Translations under genes and position numbers: made by a program
Notes under the pieces: model-generated
Told to the model about the DNA's origin: nothing
What the model saw: the letters and a program-made list of their open reading frames with translations, nothing else
Databases searched by the model: none
Assembly: GCF_001194135.2 (NCBI RefSeq)
Contig: NC_068991.1
Coordinates: 7,358,008 to 7,422,007, forward strand
Direction: 5' to 3'
DNA length: 64,000 nucleotides
Origin: Octopus bimaculoides
Taxonomy: Eukaryota
Shown: positions 12,973 to 25,902 of the stretch, one piece after another
How positions within the stretch are numbered: position 1 is the first letter of the stretch
How the letters are laid out: each line of letters begins with the position of its first letter

Positions 12973-13163
12973 GTAGGTGCAATCATCTCACATCAATTTT
13001 TATTTAAATTCGTTAATTACTTCATATTATTGTCAATTTTTCTTATTCCGTAATGTTGGTAACGTATGGTAGATTTTATTAAAGCTGTGTAAGTAGCCAC
13101 AATCCTGCTAAATATTGAGTTATTACTGTTTCAAAGTTTAATCACTCCACGAAATTCCATGTG

Positions 13164-13172
13164 CGCCATTTT
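13164..13172 (+). promoter_or_regulatory. YY1-type motif (CGCCATTTT) in RPL9 intron 1
   Basis: Matches the YY1 consensus. YY1 sites near the 5' end are common in ribosomal-protein genes. The same motif occurs at 25894-25902 in the opposite orientation. Confidence 0.4.
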
Positions 13173-13564
13173 ATATTGCTAATTCACAGAAAAAGAATTT
13201 GATTACAATTTTGTTAAAGATGTTACTATATTTTCTTCAGTGATGTGTCGTATGTTGATAATCGGTTTGTCTTTTATAAAATGTGGCTTGAACAGGCAAG
13301 TTTTAAAAACTGTAAGCAGTTAATTAAACTCGACTTCGTCTGTTGCTTCTTCCAATCTTACATCTAATAATAAATGTGTCCTGCCTGACACTCATAATTC
13401 GTGCAAATCTCAATTGACCTGCATGAACTCTATGCTGTGTGATATTTCCCACGGATATTACCATTTAACTTTCTTTCGTTGTCAACCTCTTGAATTATTG
13501 CAAAACTTTATTTTGATCGATATTCAGTTTGGATAGTACCGTTTTTTTATTTTTGCCTATTTAA

Positions 13565-13736
13565 CCCTTTCGTTACTGTATTTATTTTGAGATCCTCTGT
13601 GTTTATCATTAAGCCAGTGTTAGGAACATAAATTGTGACTAAGGTTTGGTGGAAGATTTTAATTCAGAGCTTCTGAAAACAAGACATTTATAATACAGAA
13701 CCAGAGCCAGTTTCAGCCAGGTTGGTCACGAAAGGG
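13565..13736. mobile_element. piggyBac-like MITE (family 1) in the RPL9 5'UTR intron
   Basis: TTAA-CCCTTTCGTTAC...GTCACGAAAGGG-TTAA, i.e. a TTAA duplication and 12-bp TIRs with one mismatch. A homologous copy in the opposite orientation lies at 49610-49828. Confidence 0.85.
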
Positions 13737-13874
13737 TTAAACACAAAATGAGTTGATGACAGTATAATTACTAGTTAGATTTTAATTTTAATTAATATCA
13801 ATTAATCATACGATAATATATTTTGTGGTTGCTTTTATTGTTTTGTTTTTCATTCTATTTTAGAATAAATAAAA

Positions 13875-14438
13875 ATGAAGACGATTTACGCTGACCAAAC
13901 TGTGAACGTGCCGGAGGGAGTGACAGTAAAAGTTAGTTCAAGGCGTGTAACAGTTACTGGTCCTCGCGGAACCCTGTATCGCAACTTCCGACACCTTTTC
14001 ATCACAATTACTCTGCCTAGGAAGAACCTCGTCAAAGTCGAAAAATACTTCGGTAAGAGGAAAGAATTGGCCGCTGTGCGCACTGTTTGCACTCATATTG
14101 AAAATATGATCAAAGGTGTTACTAAAGGGTTCCGTTACAAGATGAGGTCTGTCTATGCCCATTTCCCAATTAACGTTGTGGTATTGAATAATGGTAATGC
14201 CGTTGAAATAAGAAATTTCCTTGGAGAGAAATTTGCCCGGCATGTGGAAATGTTACCTGGTGTTCTCTTTTCCGTATCGACGGCGCAAAAGGATGAATTC
14301 GTCTTAGAAGGAAATGATATCGAGTTGGTTTCCAGATCAGCTGCCCTCATCCAACAGTCAACATCAGTGAAAGAAAAAGATATAAGAAAGTTCTTGGATG
14401 GCATTTATGTTTCCGAGAAAGGTACAATACAGGAATAA
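13875..14438 (+). CDS. RPL9: 60S ribosomal protein L9 (uL6), 187 aa, intronless CDS
   Basis: Uninterrupted ORF MKTI...[13 protein letters not shown]...[10 protein letters not shown]...[16 protein letters not shown]...[31 protein letters not shown] at 14434-14439 and 14498-14503. Confidence 0.99.
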
Positions 14439-17116
14439 ATAATGTTGGACAGTGTGAACACGAACTTTAACAGAACGTTTCAAACATTGTCTGATGAAAT
14501 AAAGTGGAGTGAACTATCTTTAATAATATGTGCGTTCTTTTCATTCCAATGTGCTATTTCTATATGGCATATTTCATAGATAAATACAGATGTTAATTTA
14601 TTTTTTGTCTTTTTATCCATATTGTTGACTTGAAGTTTTCGATGCAACTGAGAAGATCTCAGTTGCATCCTCTATTTAGTAATGATTGTGTATAGTTATT
14701 GTTTTGGTTAATTTCAGTTGTAAACAATCTATACGGCTTTTAACTATGTTATTGATATATTCTGGGTAATGAAACCAGATCTTAAAAACGCTGTAATGCA
14801 AGCAAAATGTCCCTCTCAGATATAGACTTTTTAGATGGTTTCAAGCTGGTATGTAGACAATATTAGAATGTGTGGTTCTAACTACAGAAGTTAAATAGGA
14901 TTCCACTTGGTAAAAATGGAAATCCTTTGTATATTCTGTTGCTTATCTTGGAAGTTTTGTTACATCGATGCCAATTTGGCTTACAAGTTATTGATCAACT
15001 CAAGATGATTGTGGAAGACACTTGTACAGTGGAACTGAATATATAGAGTTTGGCTTTCAGTGATGGATATAAATATTGGTGAGAAAATAGGGAGGGAAGG
15101 TGCTTAGTGCACAAATTCTCTTGATATTTGATCTGCATTAGGTTAGCTACTGCTTGAATTGCACTGAACTATGATATATCTTAACCTGATGTTCTCGTAC
15201 TTCTGTTATTAAACTAGAGTTCTGGATTCTACATGTGCATGATCTTAAAATTTGTATCATGCATGTAACTACCTGCATATTTTGCATTCTGTCACGGGTT
15301 GAATGGTTTCTCCAGGATCCAGCAAGTTACAGGTTTGTATAGAGATCAAGTGTCAGCTTCTACAGCCGGATGCCTTTCCCAACAGCAAACAAATGACACT
15401 AAGCTTGTTATTAAGGAGCATTGGGGAAACTATTTTCATCTTGTGGTCAGTGCAACACTTGTACTAGAGTAGTTGCTATGAACTGTTGACTAATAGGAAG
15501 TTTAATAAATGTTTCCTGCTTCTACAGAAATGAAGTTGGACCACCTTATAAGTAATAATGCACTATAAAGGTTTTCTTTGCATATGTGACACTAAATTGT
15601 CGTGTCCTTTATGCCATCAAGTACAATAATTTAAATTCTCCAATATCATTTGCCTTCATGTTTATACTCTACACTAATATGTTGATCCTATTGTTAATCA
15701 CTTTCACATTCCATTTTCCTACATATAAACATGGTTAATTTCAGACAGGCCTGTCCAAATCGAATTGAGGGCCGCTTGTGTACTTTCTGCACTAATGGTC
15801 AAATAATCAAATTACTGAATCAAGAATTTTTCGTTTACTCTTTTCAGTCATTTGACTGCGGCTGTGCTGCAGCACCACCTCTAGTTGAGCAAATCGACCC
15901 CAGGACTTGTTTGTTAATTATAAAATTGTTGGCTATTGTTTTATTACCACTTTGAGTATACCTTTATCTTTTGTTTCAGTCAATGGACAGTGACTATCCT
16001 GGGGCACTGCATTGAAGGGTTTTAAGGTCTGGTACTTAGTCTATCAATTGCTTTTGCCAAACTGTTAAGTTATTGGGACATTAATAATGAACTTCTGTGT
16101 ACCAAATTCACTCACAAGGCAGCCTGGAGCTTAAGTTGACACTTGCCCAAGGTGCCATATTGTGAGACTGAACCAAGAACCACATTGGAAAGTGAGCTTA
16201 ACCACACATTCATGCTTGCACGTAATAGTGCTGAACAGTTCTGGTTGAGTGGAGACCATTCTCCTTTATCTTTTTAGAATGCATTATCCACTATGCCTTT
16301 TTTTCTCTTTAAGGTGAGACCTGAGGTAATTTTTGGCTGCTATTTCCAGCCATTTGAGAAGTCATACCTCAGGTCTTTGTTACCAGTGGTTCATGTTCTA
16401 GAACTGGAAAGATGCAGATATTAGGAGAAACATGCAAATTCATGTGTCATTTGTCTTAAAGCTATTTATATCCATGGTTTAATGATTGCATGGGTCAGAC
16501 ATTTGTTGAGGCAAGTTCTCCTATGGCCAGGTGCTCATCTGTCACCAGCCTTCCTCTTTCCGAGCAAGGTAATAATTCCTCATGTTTTTGATGGAAGACC
16601 AGAAACAAACGTTTCACTTGTATGATGATGCTCATTTGTAACAATCACATAATCAAGACAAGATTATATGCAAACAGACGTATCTATGGCAAGTTTTTTC
16701 AGTTTCTATTTTATAAGACTTGTTGCAAGGTACCATGCAGTGGGACTGAACATTCTTCTTAGACACATAGCCATACATGTATCCTACAAGTTCTTAATTT
16801 TCTAACAAGGTGGAATTTTCTTTCCTTTAATGTAGTCTGATACTTTCTGGTGTTTTTTGCACATTATTTCTTTGGAATATTCACAATGGCATGAACCATA
16901 TATGTGTAGGTACCGTCTCATGGTAATCTCAAGTTTTTTGATTAGTGTTCAGATGAAGGAGCCATAAAATAGTACACATATGCTGGTTCCTTTTCAGATT
17001 CTCTGAGAGGTTAGATTTTCATATTTTACTGCAACTTCTGTCACCCAAGCTTAGCTTTTGCCTCTATAGCTACTTCTGTTGCTCCTGAGGTATTCTATTG
17101 TAATTATTTCAGTCAG

Positions 17117-17150
<34 letters not shown>

Positions 17151-18899
17151 GTATACGACAGGCTTCTTTCAGTTTCCGTCTACTGAATCAGCTCACAAGG
17201 CTTTGGTCAGCCTGAGGCTATAGTAGAAGACACTTCCCAAGGTGCCTCAAGACATTAACTTGCTTCCAGATAATGATTCACTTGTTTCTTCCAAACTTAA
17301 GGAATTCCATTTTTCTAGCAGTGGTATAGAGGCCAATGACATCTTCCAGACTGAAGTAAGGTATTGATATAACCGTCACATAGCCTTTAGGCAAAGGGTA
17401 CACACACTACAAGAATAGATGCAAGCGCTAATTTATAAAAACCTGTTAAATGTACAACCATCCAGATATCTGAGTACCTTATTATTTTTTCTAATATATA
17501 CTTCCTGTACATCACCTCCAAACCTTCTAGGAGTGACCACAAGCGCAAGTATGGTTGTGTATTAAGAAGTTTGCTTCTGGGCTCAGTCCCACTGCATGAC
17601 ATCTTGGCGCAGTGAGACTGAACCTGAAATCACATGGTTACAAAGCAAGCTCCTAAAACGTACGAGGGGAGGGGCGAATTGGACTTCCTGGGAAGGCCTG
17701 AGGAGAGGGTGAGTGGGACTTCCTGNNNNNNNNNNNNNNNNNNNNNNNNNNNNNNNNNNNNNNNNNNNNNNNNNNNNNNNNNNNNNNNNNNNNNNNNNNN
17801 NNNNNNNNNNNNNNNNNNNNNNNNNNNNNNNNNNNNNNNNNNNNNNNNNNNNNNNNNNNNNNNNNNNNNNNNNNNNNNNNNNNNNNNNNNNNNNNNNNNN
17901 NNNNNNNNNNNNNNNNNNNNNNNNNNNNNNNNNNNNNNNNNNNNNNNNNNNNNNNNNNNNNNNNNNNNNNNNNNGATTAAAAAAAAAATAACTTACCAGT
18001 GTTCCCTTCATCATATACACAGTCATCACATTCAGTTAAAATGGCTTGCTAATGTTTCTCTTTTTTTCCTTGATGAGAAGATCGCATTGTTTTACATCAT
18101 TTTATTCCCTCTGGAATAACACTTATGTTTTCTTTGAATCATATGTTGGAAGTATAAAGATTTGAATAACACCTGCATTTAACTTCATTTCTTTATTTAT
18201 CTGTTATACAAAAACATTTCACTAAACCCTGGAATGTCTACCTTTTAAGTAGGCTGTTACATCCTTGGTACTTATGTGAATTTTTTGTTACCCTGGTAAA
18301 TATTTTTTTTTTTTTTTTTTCCGTGTTATTAGTATACATTGAAAAAATACACATACATTTATATATATATATTTATAGTTAATTAAAAAATCATATATCA
18401 GAAAGAAGCACACTCTAAAAAATAGAGCAGTAATTATTACAAAATTTTATATAGACCCAAGGTTTCGTACACACAAAACCAAGCCTTGTGGGCAGCTTGT
18501 CTCTTTGACTCTTTGTGGGTGCAAAACCTTGGGTAACTCTATAATAAAATTTTGTTGTAATATATATATATATACACACACATAGTGAAGGCTCATGGCT
18601 TAATGGTTAAGGTATTTGACACAATTGTAAGGTCACGAGTTCAATTCCCAGCAGTGTATTGTGTCCTTGAGCAAGGCACTTTATTTCACATTCCACTCAA
18701 CTGACAAAAATGAGTAGTGTCTGTATACCAAAGGGTGAGCCTTTTCAAATTCTGTCACGATGAGTCTCCCTCAGAACTAAGTTAATGGTGTATATGTCTG
18801 TGGTGTACTCAGCCACTTGCATATTAATTTTATAAGTAAGCTGTTCCGTTGATCGGATCAACTGAAACCCTTGTCATCCTGACTGACAGGATGCCCTAT

Positions 18900-19990
18900 A
18901 CACATACCCATTGTGCTTCCCAAATCTCATTTTTGCTGACATGGGCAGGTCTCCTCGAGAATCACATATGGTCTGTCACCCAGGTCCTTTGTCATCTCTC
19001 CTCTGTGAGATTTGAGATCAACCTTCACTATTTTTCCCATGTTTTCTTGGAACTCCCACTCTTGCAAGCTTCATCCACATTAAGTGGTTGGCACTTCTCT
19101 ATAAAATGCCCACATCTATAGATAGGCATCATGTGTCCATACCAGAGTTTTTCTCTCAACACATTTGTACTTTGTTTCTCATGCACGCTTACTTATGCTA
19201 CACATACTAACTTTATTTCTTTCCAGTCTGCTCAACTCATTTGCATTTAAGGTCCATGTTTCACTGCCATGCAGCATCACATTTCTAACACAAGTATCAT
19301 GCAATCTGTTCTTCACTCTGAAAGAAAAAAGTCTTTGTTGCTAAAAATAGTCATAACTCCCCTAACTTATTCGAACCTGTTATTACATCTAGGAAATAAA
19401 AGCTATTGACTACTTCTAATGAACCATCTCAGTTAAGAGCATCTATTTCTGATCTGCTCATAGTACATGTTGCTCCAGCATGTCATAAATGGCACTTTCT
19501 CTATTGGTCTAATTGCAATTCCACAACACTTCTCATGTGTCCATAACTTATATTAAGTACAGTACGTGGAGCTTATATCTACTTGTTTTCTACAAATCAA
19601 GTAAGACCATTCCCCTGAAGAGATCAAGGTCTTGTCTTCTTTCCTACTAAATAAAATCTTAGTCTTTGCTAAGTTTAGCTTGTATCCTTCAGAATGCTTT
19701 TAATCGTTGGGTCTCATCATCTGAGGTTACACAACTGAATTTCATGTTAGAGCTAATTGTATGACCAAAATGATTGAAAAATTTAATTGATTGACCTATT
19801 GAAAATATAGTGAATGACTATCAGAATGCTATCATCTTTAGTGTACAACATATCAATAGTTGATGTGTTGAACTCCCAAGGCAACAGCATTTCAGGTATA
19901 TTTTTCAACAGATCAAGTAAGCTGAACCATGAATGCACCGAAAATGGATATCAGAAACAACTGTAAGTCTGTAATGCACAAATAAAGGTA
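18900..19990 (-). mobile_element. RTE-clade LINE, degenerate 3' portion
   Basis: Minus strand reads GYKLNLAKTKILFSRK..., RVKNRLHDTCVRNVMLHGSETWTLNANELSRLERNK..., WYGHM...KKTWEKIVKVDL. Same family as 63051-63595. Confidence 0.8.
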
Positions 19991-22811
19991 TAAAACCCAT
20001 TATTTGTGCCTTTTTCTTACATACGTAAGGTGTGGTAAGAAGCTTGCCTTGCAATCACAGTACAGGGCTCAGTCCCACAGCACCTTGGGCAAGTGTTTCT
20101 CTACTATAGCTTCTGGCCTAACAAAGCCTTCTGAGTGGATTTGCTACATGGAAACAAACAAAAAGCATATATATATATATAAATATACACACACATATAT
20201 ATTGCCAGTGCCCCTGGACTGGCTCTTGTGCGGGTGACACATAAAAGACACCATTTCGAGCATGGCCGTTTTCGTGCGGGTGACATGTAAAAGCACCCAC
20301 TACACTCTCTGAGTGGTTGGCGTTAGGAAGGGCATCCAGCTGCAGAAACGCTGCCAAATTAGATTGGNNNNNNNNNNCACTCTCTGAGTGGTTGGCGTTA
20401 GGAAGGGCATCCAGCTGCAGAAACGCTGCCAAATTAGATTGGAGCCTGGTGTTGCCATCCGGTTTCACCAGTCCTCAGTCAAATCGTCCAACCCATGCTA
20501 GCATGGAAAGCGGACGTTAAATGATGATGATGATATATATGTATGTATGTGTTCGTCCACCTACCATCGTTTGACAACTGATGTTGGTGTGAATAACTTA
20601 GCAGTTCGCCAAAAGAGTGATACAATAACTACTAGGCTTACAAATAATAAGTCCTGGAGTTGATTTCGACTAAAACTCTTATAAGGTGGTGCTCCAGCAT
20701 GACCAGTCAAAATGACTGAAACAAGTAAAAGAATATATATATATAAACATGATTCTATCAAATCCACTCACAAAGCTTTTGTTAACTTGAGGCCCAAGCT
20801 GCCATGCAGTAGGACTGAACCTGAAACCATGCAGTTAGGAAGCAAACTTCTTAACCACACCCCCACATCTGAAGGCAGCTTGAAGAATATAATACTAGAA
20901 AGTTGCAAGTAGACAGCTTCGTGTCAGAGAAATAGAAATAAAATTCAACATATTCAAAAATGATATTAACAAATTTTTATCTTTTCCATTTGTTATTGTA
21001 ATAAAGGAGAAAGATGAAACATAAAATAAATGAAAACAATATTGTTATTTTGATAATTCATTGAAAGATGTTGAATGATTTCATTACTCCTGAGATATAT
21101 ATAAAGTTGTATGAAATGAAATTTTATCAGTACAAAAAAAAAAAAAAAAAAAAAAAAGGAAAGCTTTTCTTGAAATATCTATGATTATTTAAATTAAAAA
21201 AAAAAACATATTGGCAGGAAGTAACATTATATAAACAAAAAAATTCAGTCAAGATTAACAATGACATTAGTACAGACAGAAACAACTGATTCCAGTATAG
21301 GCACAAAGCCTGAAAACTGGTTTAAAAAAAAAAAATGTGGCGTTGATACCATGAATCCCAGTATATAACTGGTACTTTATTTTATTAACCCCAAAAGAAT
21401 GAAAAGCACAGTTGATCTTGGTGGTATTTGAACTCGGAACATAAAGAGCTAAAAGAAATACCTCAAGGCATTGTTTGATGTTGTAGAAACACTACCAATC
21501 CATAATAATGACGAAGCTTTTGCAAGGGGAAACAACTCCATATTGTTTGTCGTTGAACCTGTTTACAACTGGTTATTTCCCTGCTATAAGAAATGATTCA
21601 TTGTAAACGAGAAATAATCAAAGGAACCAGTGAAGAAATATTTGTCAATTAATATTCCTAATTTGATATAGAATATAGATATATGAATATATATATATGA
21701 ATAAGTAAACCTAAACAAAATACTTATTTAAATTCACTCAGACGAACCAGTAATATCATATTTCACATGAGCAGAAATACAGGGTGTCTAAAAAACAAAA
21801 TTGAATTTTCATCATCAACCCTTGGATATTACTGTGTTGAACCTTAAGCCTCATAAGACACATTACCTGGTTTCCATAGCATATAAGTGACTGAGATCGC
21901 AACATTCCCCCTGGATGGGATGCCAGTCCATTGCAGTGTTACTCATTTACAGCTGAGTGGACTGGAGCAATGTGATATGAAGTGTTTTGATCAAAAACAC
22001 AACACACTGCCCAATCTAGCTATCGAAACCATGATCTTGCGGTCCTCAGTGCAACACCCTAACCACTAGGCTATACGCTTTCATCTTTTTTTTTCTTTTT
22101 ATCAGCATATCCTATAATGATTTGATTCCATTAAAAATTTTTTCAAGTGCCAAATTATACAATCCAGTGATGAAATGTAGAGAGGAAAACTAAGTTGTTT
22201 CATCAAAAGTGCTTGAATCATTTGTAATTTTGCAAACCTAAATCCTCATATTTTTGCTCTGAGTTAAGGATTTGTCTTTTAATTACAGTAAGAACAGTAT
22301 GCAGAAAGAGAAGTGATTTTGTTCGTTAGAAAATAAAACCTTTGCAGGAGCATTTTTTTTTTTTTTTTAATGTTTGCAAAGAATTATAAACAAACAGTAA
22401 TTTTAGAATTTTAATAATAGAAAAGATAGTGATGACAAGATGATATGAAAACAGTCTTTGATAAAGCTATTCAACTAAGAAAACAATACATGGTATAGCA
22501 GCAATTGTTACTATTGCTTGACAAATTCCACAGCATAGAATGTCAACTCAGAAATATGGTTCTCCCTATGTGAAAAATTCAAAGGAATTTATCAAACTTT
22601 TGGAGTAAACTTTTACCAAGAGAATAACTATGAGTGTCTCTAAACTGAGAGAGATGGGGGTGGGGCAAAGAAAAAAAATAAAATAAAATCAACAAAATGA
22701 TAAATAATTAGATTGAGACCTCTAAGATAGGAGCCAATATGAAATGTCATTATTATTATTATTTACTCTTTTTTTTCATTTTTTTTTTGTTAGTAATTAC
22801 TTTGATAGATA

Positions 22812-25808
22812 TTAATCTTCAGTCCATTCAAACGGCTCTGGAGGTTCTGGTTCTGATTCTTCTTCGACTTTGGGACCACCTGCAGCAATAGGTTCTACAA
22901 GGTCTTCAAGATCATCTGGTTTGCGATTGTGTAACATAATGATTCCTCCGCTCGTTACATCTTTCACTGACGTATATCTCGAGGAATCTGGCATGGTGAT
23001 CATTCGGAGCTGTGCACGCATAACTCGAGCTGGGTTGTCTAATAACTCAAAGTTTGCTTCTGGCTTCTTTTCTTTTTCTTCCTCTTTCTTTTCTTCTTTT
23101 CCTTCTTTCCCTTCCTCTTTCTTCTCTTTAACCACTTCTTTCTTCTCTTCCTTTTTCTCTGTTTTAGCAGTCTTCTTTTCTGGCTCATCTGAAGTCTCTT
23201 CATCTACATCCATTTTCTCTTCTTTCTCCTTCTTTTCAGCTTCTTTTTTCTTTTGTTTAGCTGTAATACTGAGGACAGCAGTTTTAACTTTTTCTTTAGT
23301 TTTGTCTTTTTTTTCTTCTAAATGAGGTGGGTATGCAAATGTGGAAGGTTTTGCATTAGAACGAAACTGTACTTTTGGCATTAACAAATTGCTGTTGAGT
23401 CCAATTATACAAGTAGGCTTAAATGCCAAGGATAAAAAGTGAGTAAGAGGGTACCAAAACCAATACTGACAAAACACCAACATTCCTACCACAGCTTCCA
23501 TATTGGTATGACCTGTGCGAGACTGAAGAGAAATAGTAACATTTCGACCACCGGCATCTAGTATTCCTTGGGCTAAGATAGCGCCAAATTTTGCCATAAC
23601 ATCATCATGTTTGTCAGTAATTACTTTAGTATATAATTGACGGAAGTGTGTGACTTTCGGGCAAGTGATTTCATTTTGCTGAATAAGAACTAGAGCTGAA
23701 GCAATGAGGGCCCCTTGCCGTACGTAGTTAACAGGGTCATTAGTCATGGGTTCCAACAGGGTCAGAGCTTCTTTTAGACCAGTTCCAGCACAAGCAATGC
23801 CCAAAGCCATTGCAGCACCAAATCTAACATGAGGATTATAACTTTCCGATAGTAAAGAGACAACTTGTGGACATTTTTCAGGAGTCCGGAACAGAAGAAA
23901 TCCAAGGGAAGTGACAGCGACACGTCTCACATCATCATTGACGTCGCTGACAGCAATATGGAGCAATTTTCTGATAGCTTGGTTGTTGCCAGAACCACAG
24001 TAAGCCATAGCAAGGGTATACATGCCAGACCAACGAAGAATAGGATCCTTATCTTGAGACAAAGTTTTGACTAGTTCGTCAGCTTCTTCCATCCGACCAT
24101 ACATGGTAAGGGCGATACCAACGGACAAGCCACGAAGAATTTTCTCGTGCTGAGTATCCTGTGCATATACAAGCATATCGTGGATAGCAGCATCATTCTT
24201 AGTTCCAAGCATTACTAACCCCATAGCAAGTCCTGCTGCTTCACCAGTCACTGCATCATCTTGGTACAAATTTATCCGAAGTTGTTCAAAGATATCTTGC
24301 TGAGCAGTACCCATCGCTGCCAGACCCAAGCCAAGACAACCTCCATGTCTCACCATTTCGTTTGTGGCCTCTTTAAGTTGACTGAGTAAATAATTTGTAA
24401 TCTCACCTCCATGATTAGCATGAATTAATCCAAGAGCATAAAGACCCCCACCTTCTGAATAGGTAGATCCTGGACTCGAGTCTTTGGGTAGATATGTAGA
24501 CATGAAATTCAAGACATCCTTCTCATGGCCCTTATGAATAACACCAAGACTTGCAGTTGCAGTGAATTTAGCCCAGTTAGTGGCACGAGCCAACCATTCT
24601 AAATTGTCGCGAAGAAACTGATCGCATGTAGTGCCACAATGCATAAAAGAATTGGCAATAACAGTGGCTGAGTGACACAAGGAATTACGAACAGCATCTT
24701 TGGTATTTTTCAGAATCAATGAATCAGTTTTATTGTTCCTAATAAGGAAATCCAAGTGCAATTTTATAGTGTTTTCTCCTCCAAGAATGGTATAAAGTTT
24801 GACAATTTTCTCCTGAAGATCTTTTTGGTCTTCAGTTAGCGACGGACTTGCAGGTGCTGGTGCAGCTGCTTCTGCGGATTTCTCCTCATCGACTTCCATT
24901 TTCTCTTCCTTGTTTTCTACACTGGGAGCAACTTGTTTTTCTTCTTCCGTTTTCATGGACGGTAATGGTGCTGGGGCCACCTGCCGAAGCCAGTTTTGCA
25001 CCTCCTGTAGAAATTGTTGGGTCGCACTCTCATACAAATCAAATGCAATTTGAAGAGCTTTAAGTTGCGATTCTTCATTTCCCTTAATTAATTTCTCTAG
25101 GATATTTGCAACAGATTGGTGGTCATCCAAGAAAATATAACACTGACATACACTGATATAATCTGGGGACTTAAGGCGCATGTAGAGCTCAGTAAGAACA
25201 CGTAGTACATCATTTCTAAAATGTCTACTCATTATGTGAGATAAACAAACTTTTAAACTATATGCCAACATTGCCGAAGGGTCATCCGATTCCAAAATTG
25301 CTTTTTCAAACATATCAATCCTTCTTGTTTCCAAAGCAATACCCACAACTTGTTTATATTGTTTATCATCAAAACACCTCTGAAACATTCGATTAACTAT
25401 CGCTTCAAGTCGAGTATCCATCATTTTAGCATCATCTTGTGTTTCAGCGTTAATAACCTGCGTTTTGGTATATTGGTCCATACATTTTGCTTTGATTGTA
25501 GACACATATTCAGAAGTATCAGTAACATCAAACAAATTGAGGGCTCCCAAAGCATACTTAAGTGAATCCTCATAAGCCCCAAGATGATAATAAACTTTAG
25601 AAGCAACTAAAGCAGCCAGATCACGGCAACGGAAATCATGACTTTCATACAATACCTCAATTTTTACAACCGCTTCAGCTATTTCAGCCCAAAATACATC
25701 AACGATCTTGTTTAGTTTTTCCAAAGCAAATACCTTCAGTTGTTCGTCCGGTTCGTCCAGCAGAGATATAACTCCTGAAGCCGAAGTCATATGAGTTTTC
25801 ATCTTCAT
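22812..25808 (-). CDS. PSMD1: 26S proteasome non-ATPase regulatory subunit 1 (Rpn2), intronless, ~998 aa
   Basis: Single uninterrupted ORF: [37 protein letters not shown]..., PC repeats ([48 protein letters not shown]), C-terminal [10 protein letters not shown]. Start taken at 25808 (AAAACCATGA context); 25790 (MTSASG) is an alternative. Confidence 0.98.
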   Translation of the reverse strand: MKMKTHMTSASGVISLLDEPDEQLKVFALEKLNKIVDVFWAEIAEAVVKIEVLYESHDFRCRDLAALVASKVYYHLGAYEDSLKYALGALNLFDVTDTSEYVSTIKAKCMDQYTKTQVINAETQDDAKMMDTRLEAIVNRMFQRCFDDKQYKQVVGIALETRRIDMFEKAILESDDPSAMLAYSLKVCLSHIMSRHFRNDVLRVLTELYMRLKSPDYISVCQCYIFLDDHQSVANILEKLIKGNEESQLKALQIAFDLYESATQQFLQEVQNWLRQVAPAPLPSMKTEEEKQVAPSVENKEEKMEVDEEKSAEAAAPAPASPSLTEDQKDLQEKIVKLYTILGGENTIKLHLDFLIRNNKTDSLILKNTKDAVRNSLCHSATVIANSFMHCGTTCDQFLRDNLEWLARATNWAKFTATASLGVIHKGHEKDVLNFMSTYLPKDSSPGSTYSEGGGLYALGLIHANHGGEITNYLLSQLKEATNEMVRHGGCLGLGLAAMGTAQQDIFEQLRINLYQDDAVTGEAAGLAMGLVMLGTKNDAAIHDMLVYAQDTQHEKILRGLSVGIALTMYGRMEEADELVKTLSQDKDPILRWSGMYTLAMAYCGSGNNQAIRKLLHIAVSDVNDDVRRVAVTSLGFLLFRTPEKCPQVVSLLSESYNPHVRFGAAMALGIACAGTGLKEALTLLEPMTNDPVNYVRQGALIASALVLIQQNEITCPKVTHFRQLYTKVITDKHDDVMAKFGAILAQGILDAGGRNVTISLQSRTGHTNMEAVVGMLVFCQYWFWYPLTHFLSLAFKPTCIIGLNSNLLMPKVQFRSNAKPSTFAYPPHLEEKKDKTKEKVKTAVLSITAKQKKKEAEKKEKEEKMDVDEETSDEPEKKTAKTEKKEEKKEVVKEKKEEGKEGKEEKKEEEKEKKPEANFELLDNPARVMRAQLRMITMPDSSRYTSVKDVTSGGIIMLHNRKPDDLEDLVEPIAAGGPKVEEESEPEPPEPFEWTED

Positions 25809-25893
25809 GGTTTTTTTGACAACGGAAACTTTAATAAGCAGCAAAAGTTGTCAGATACAAACAACAACGTGACACAGCACAAGTTCGAGATGG

Positions 25894-25902
25894 AAAATGG
25901 CG
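25894..25902 (-). promoter_or_regulatory. YY1-type motif in the PSMD1 5' region
   Basis: AAAATGGCG on plus (CGCCATTTT on minus), ~90 nt upstream of the ATG in a CpG-retaining stretch. Confidence 0.4.

Noticed and set aside
13230-13480. Possible intronic snoRNA in the RPL9 intron
   Set aside because: Only an imperfect C box (GTGATGT) and a distant CTGA; no terminal stem or convincing H/ACA hairpins by eye.
13886-14404. Three minus-strand ORFs overlapping RPL9
   Set aside because: Antisense shadows of a conserved CDS.
17663-17725. Purine/GC-rich stretch with a repeated GGACTTCCTG
   Set aside because: Directly precedes an N gap and is too short to interpret; probable read-end artefact.
20317-20420. 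Apparent tandem duplication inside a SINE-B
   Set aside because: The two copies are separated by 10 Ns, typical of unmerged overlapping contig ends.
22870-23325. 151-aa plus-strand ORF
   Set aside because: Antisense shadow of the Lys/Glu-rich PSMD1 C-terminus.
25809-25844. N-terminal extension of PSMD1 given by the ORF track ([12 protein letters not shown])
   Set aside because: Begins at a non-ATG codon upstream of the first in-frame ATG; homologues start near TSA(A/S)G.
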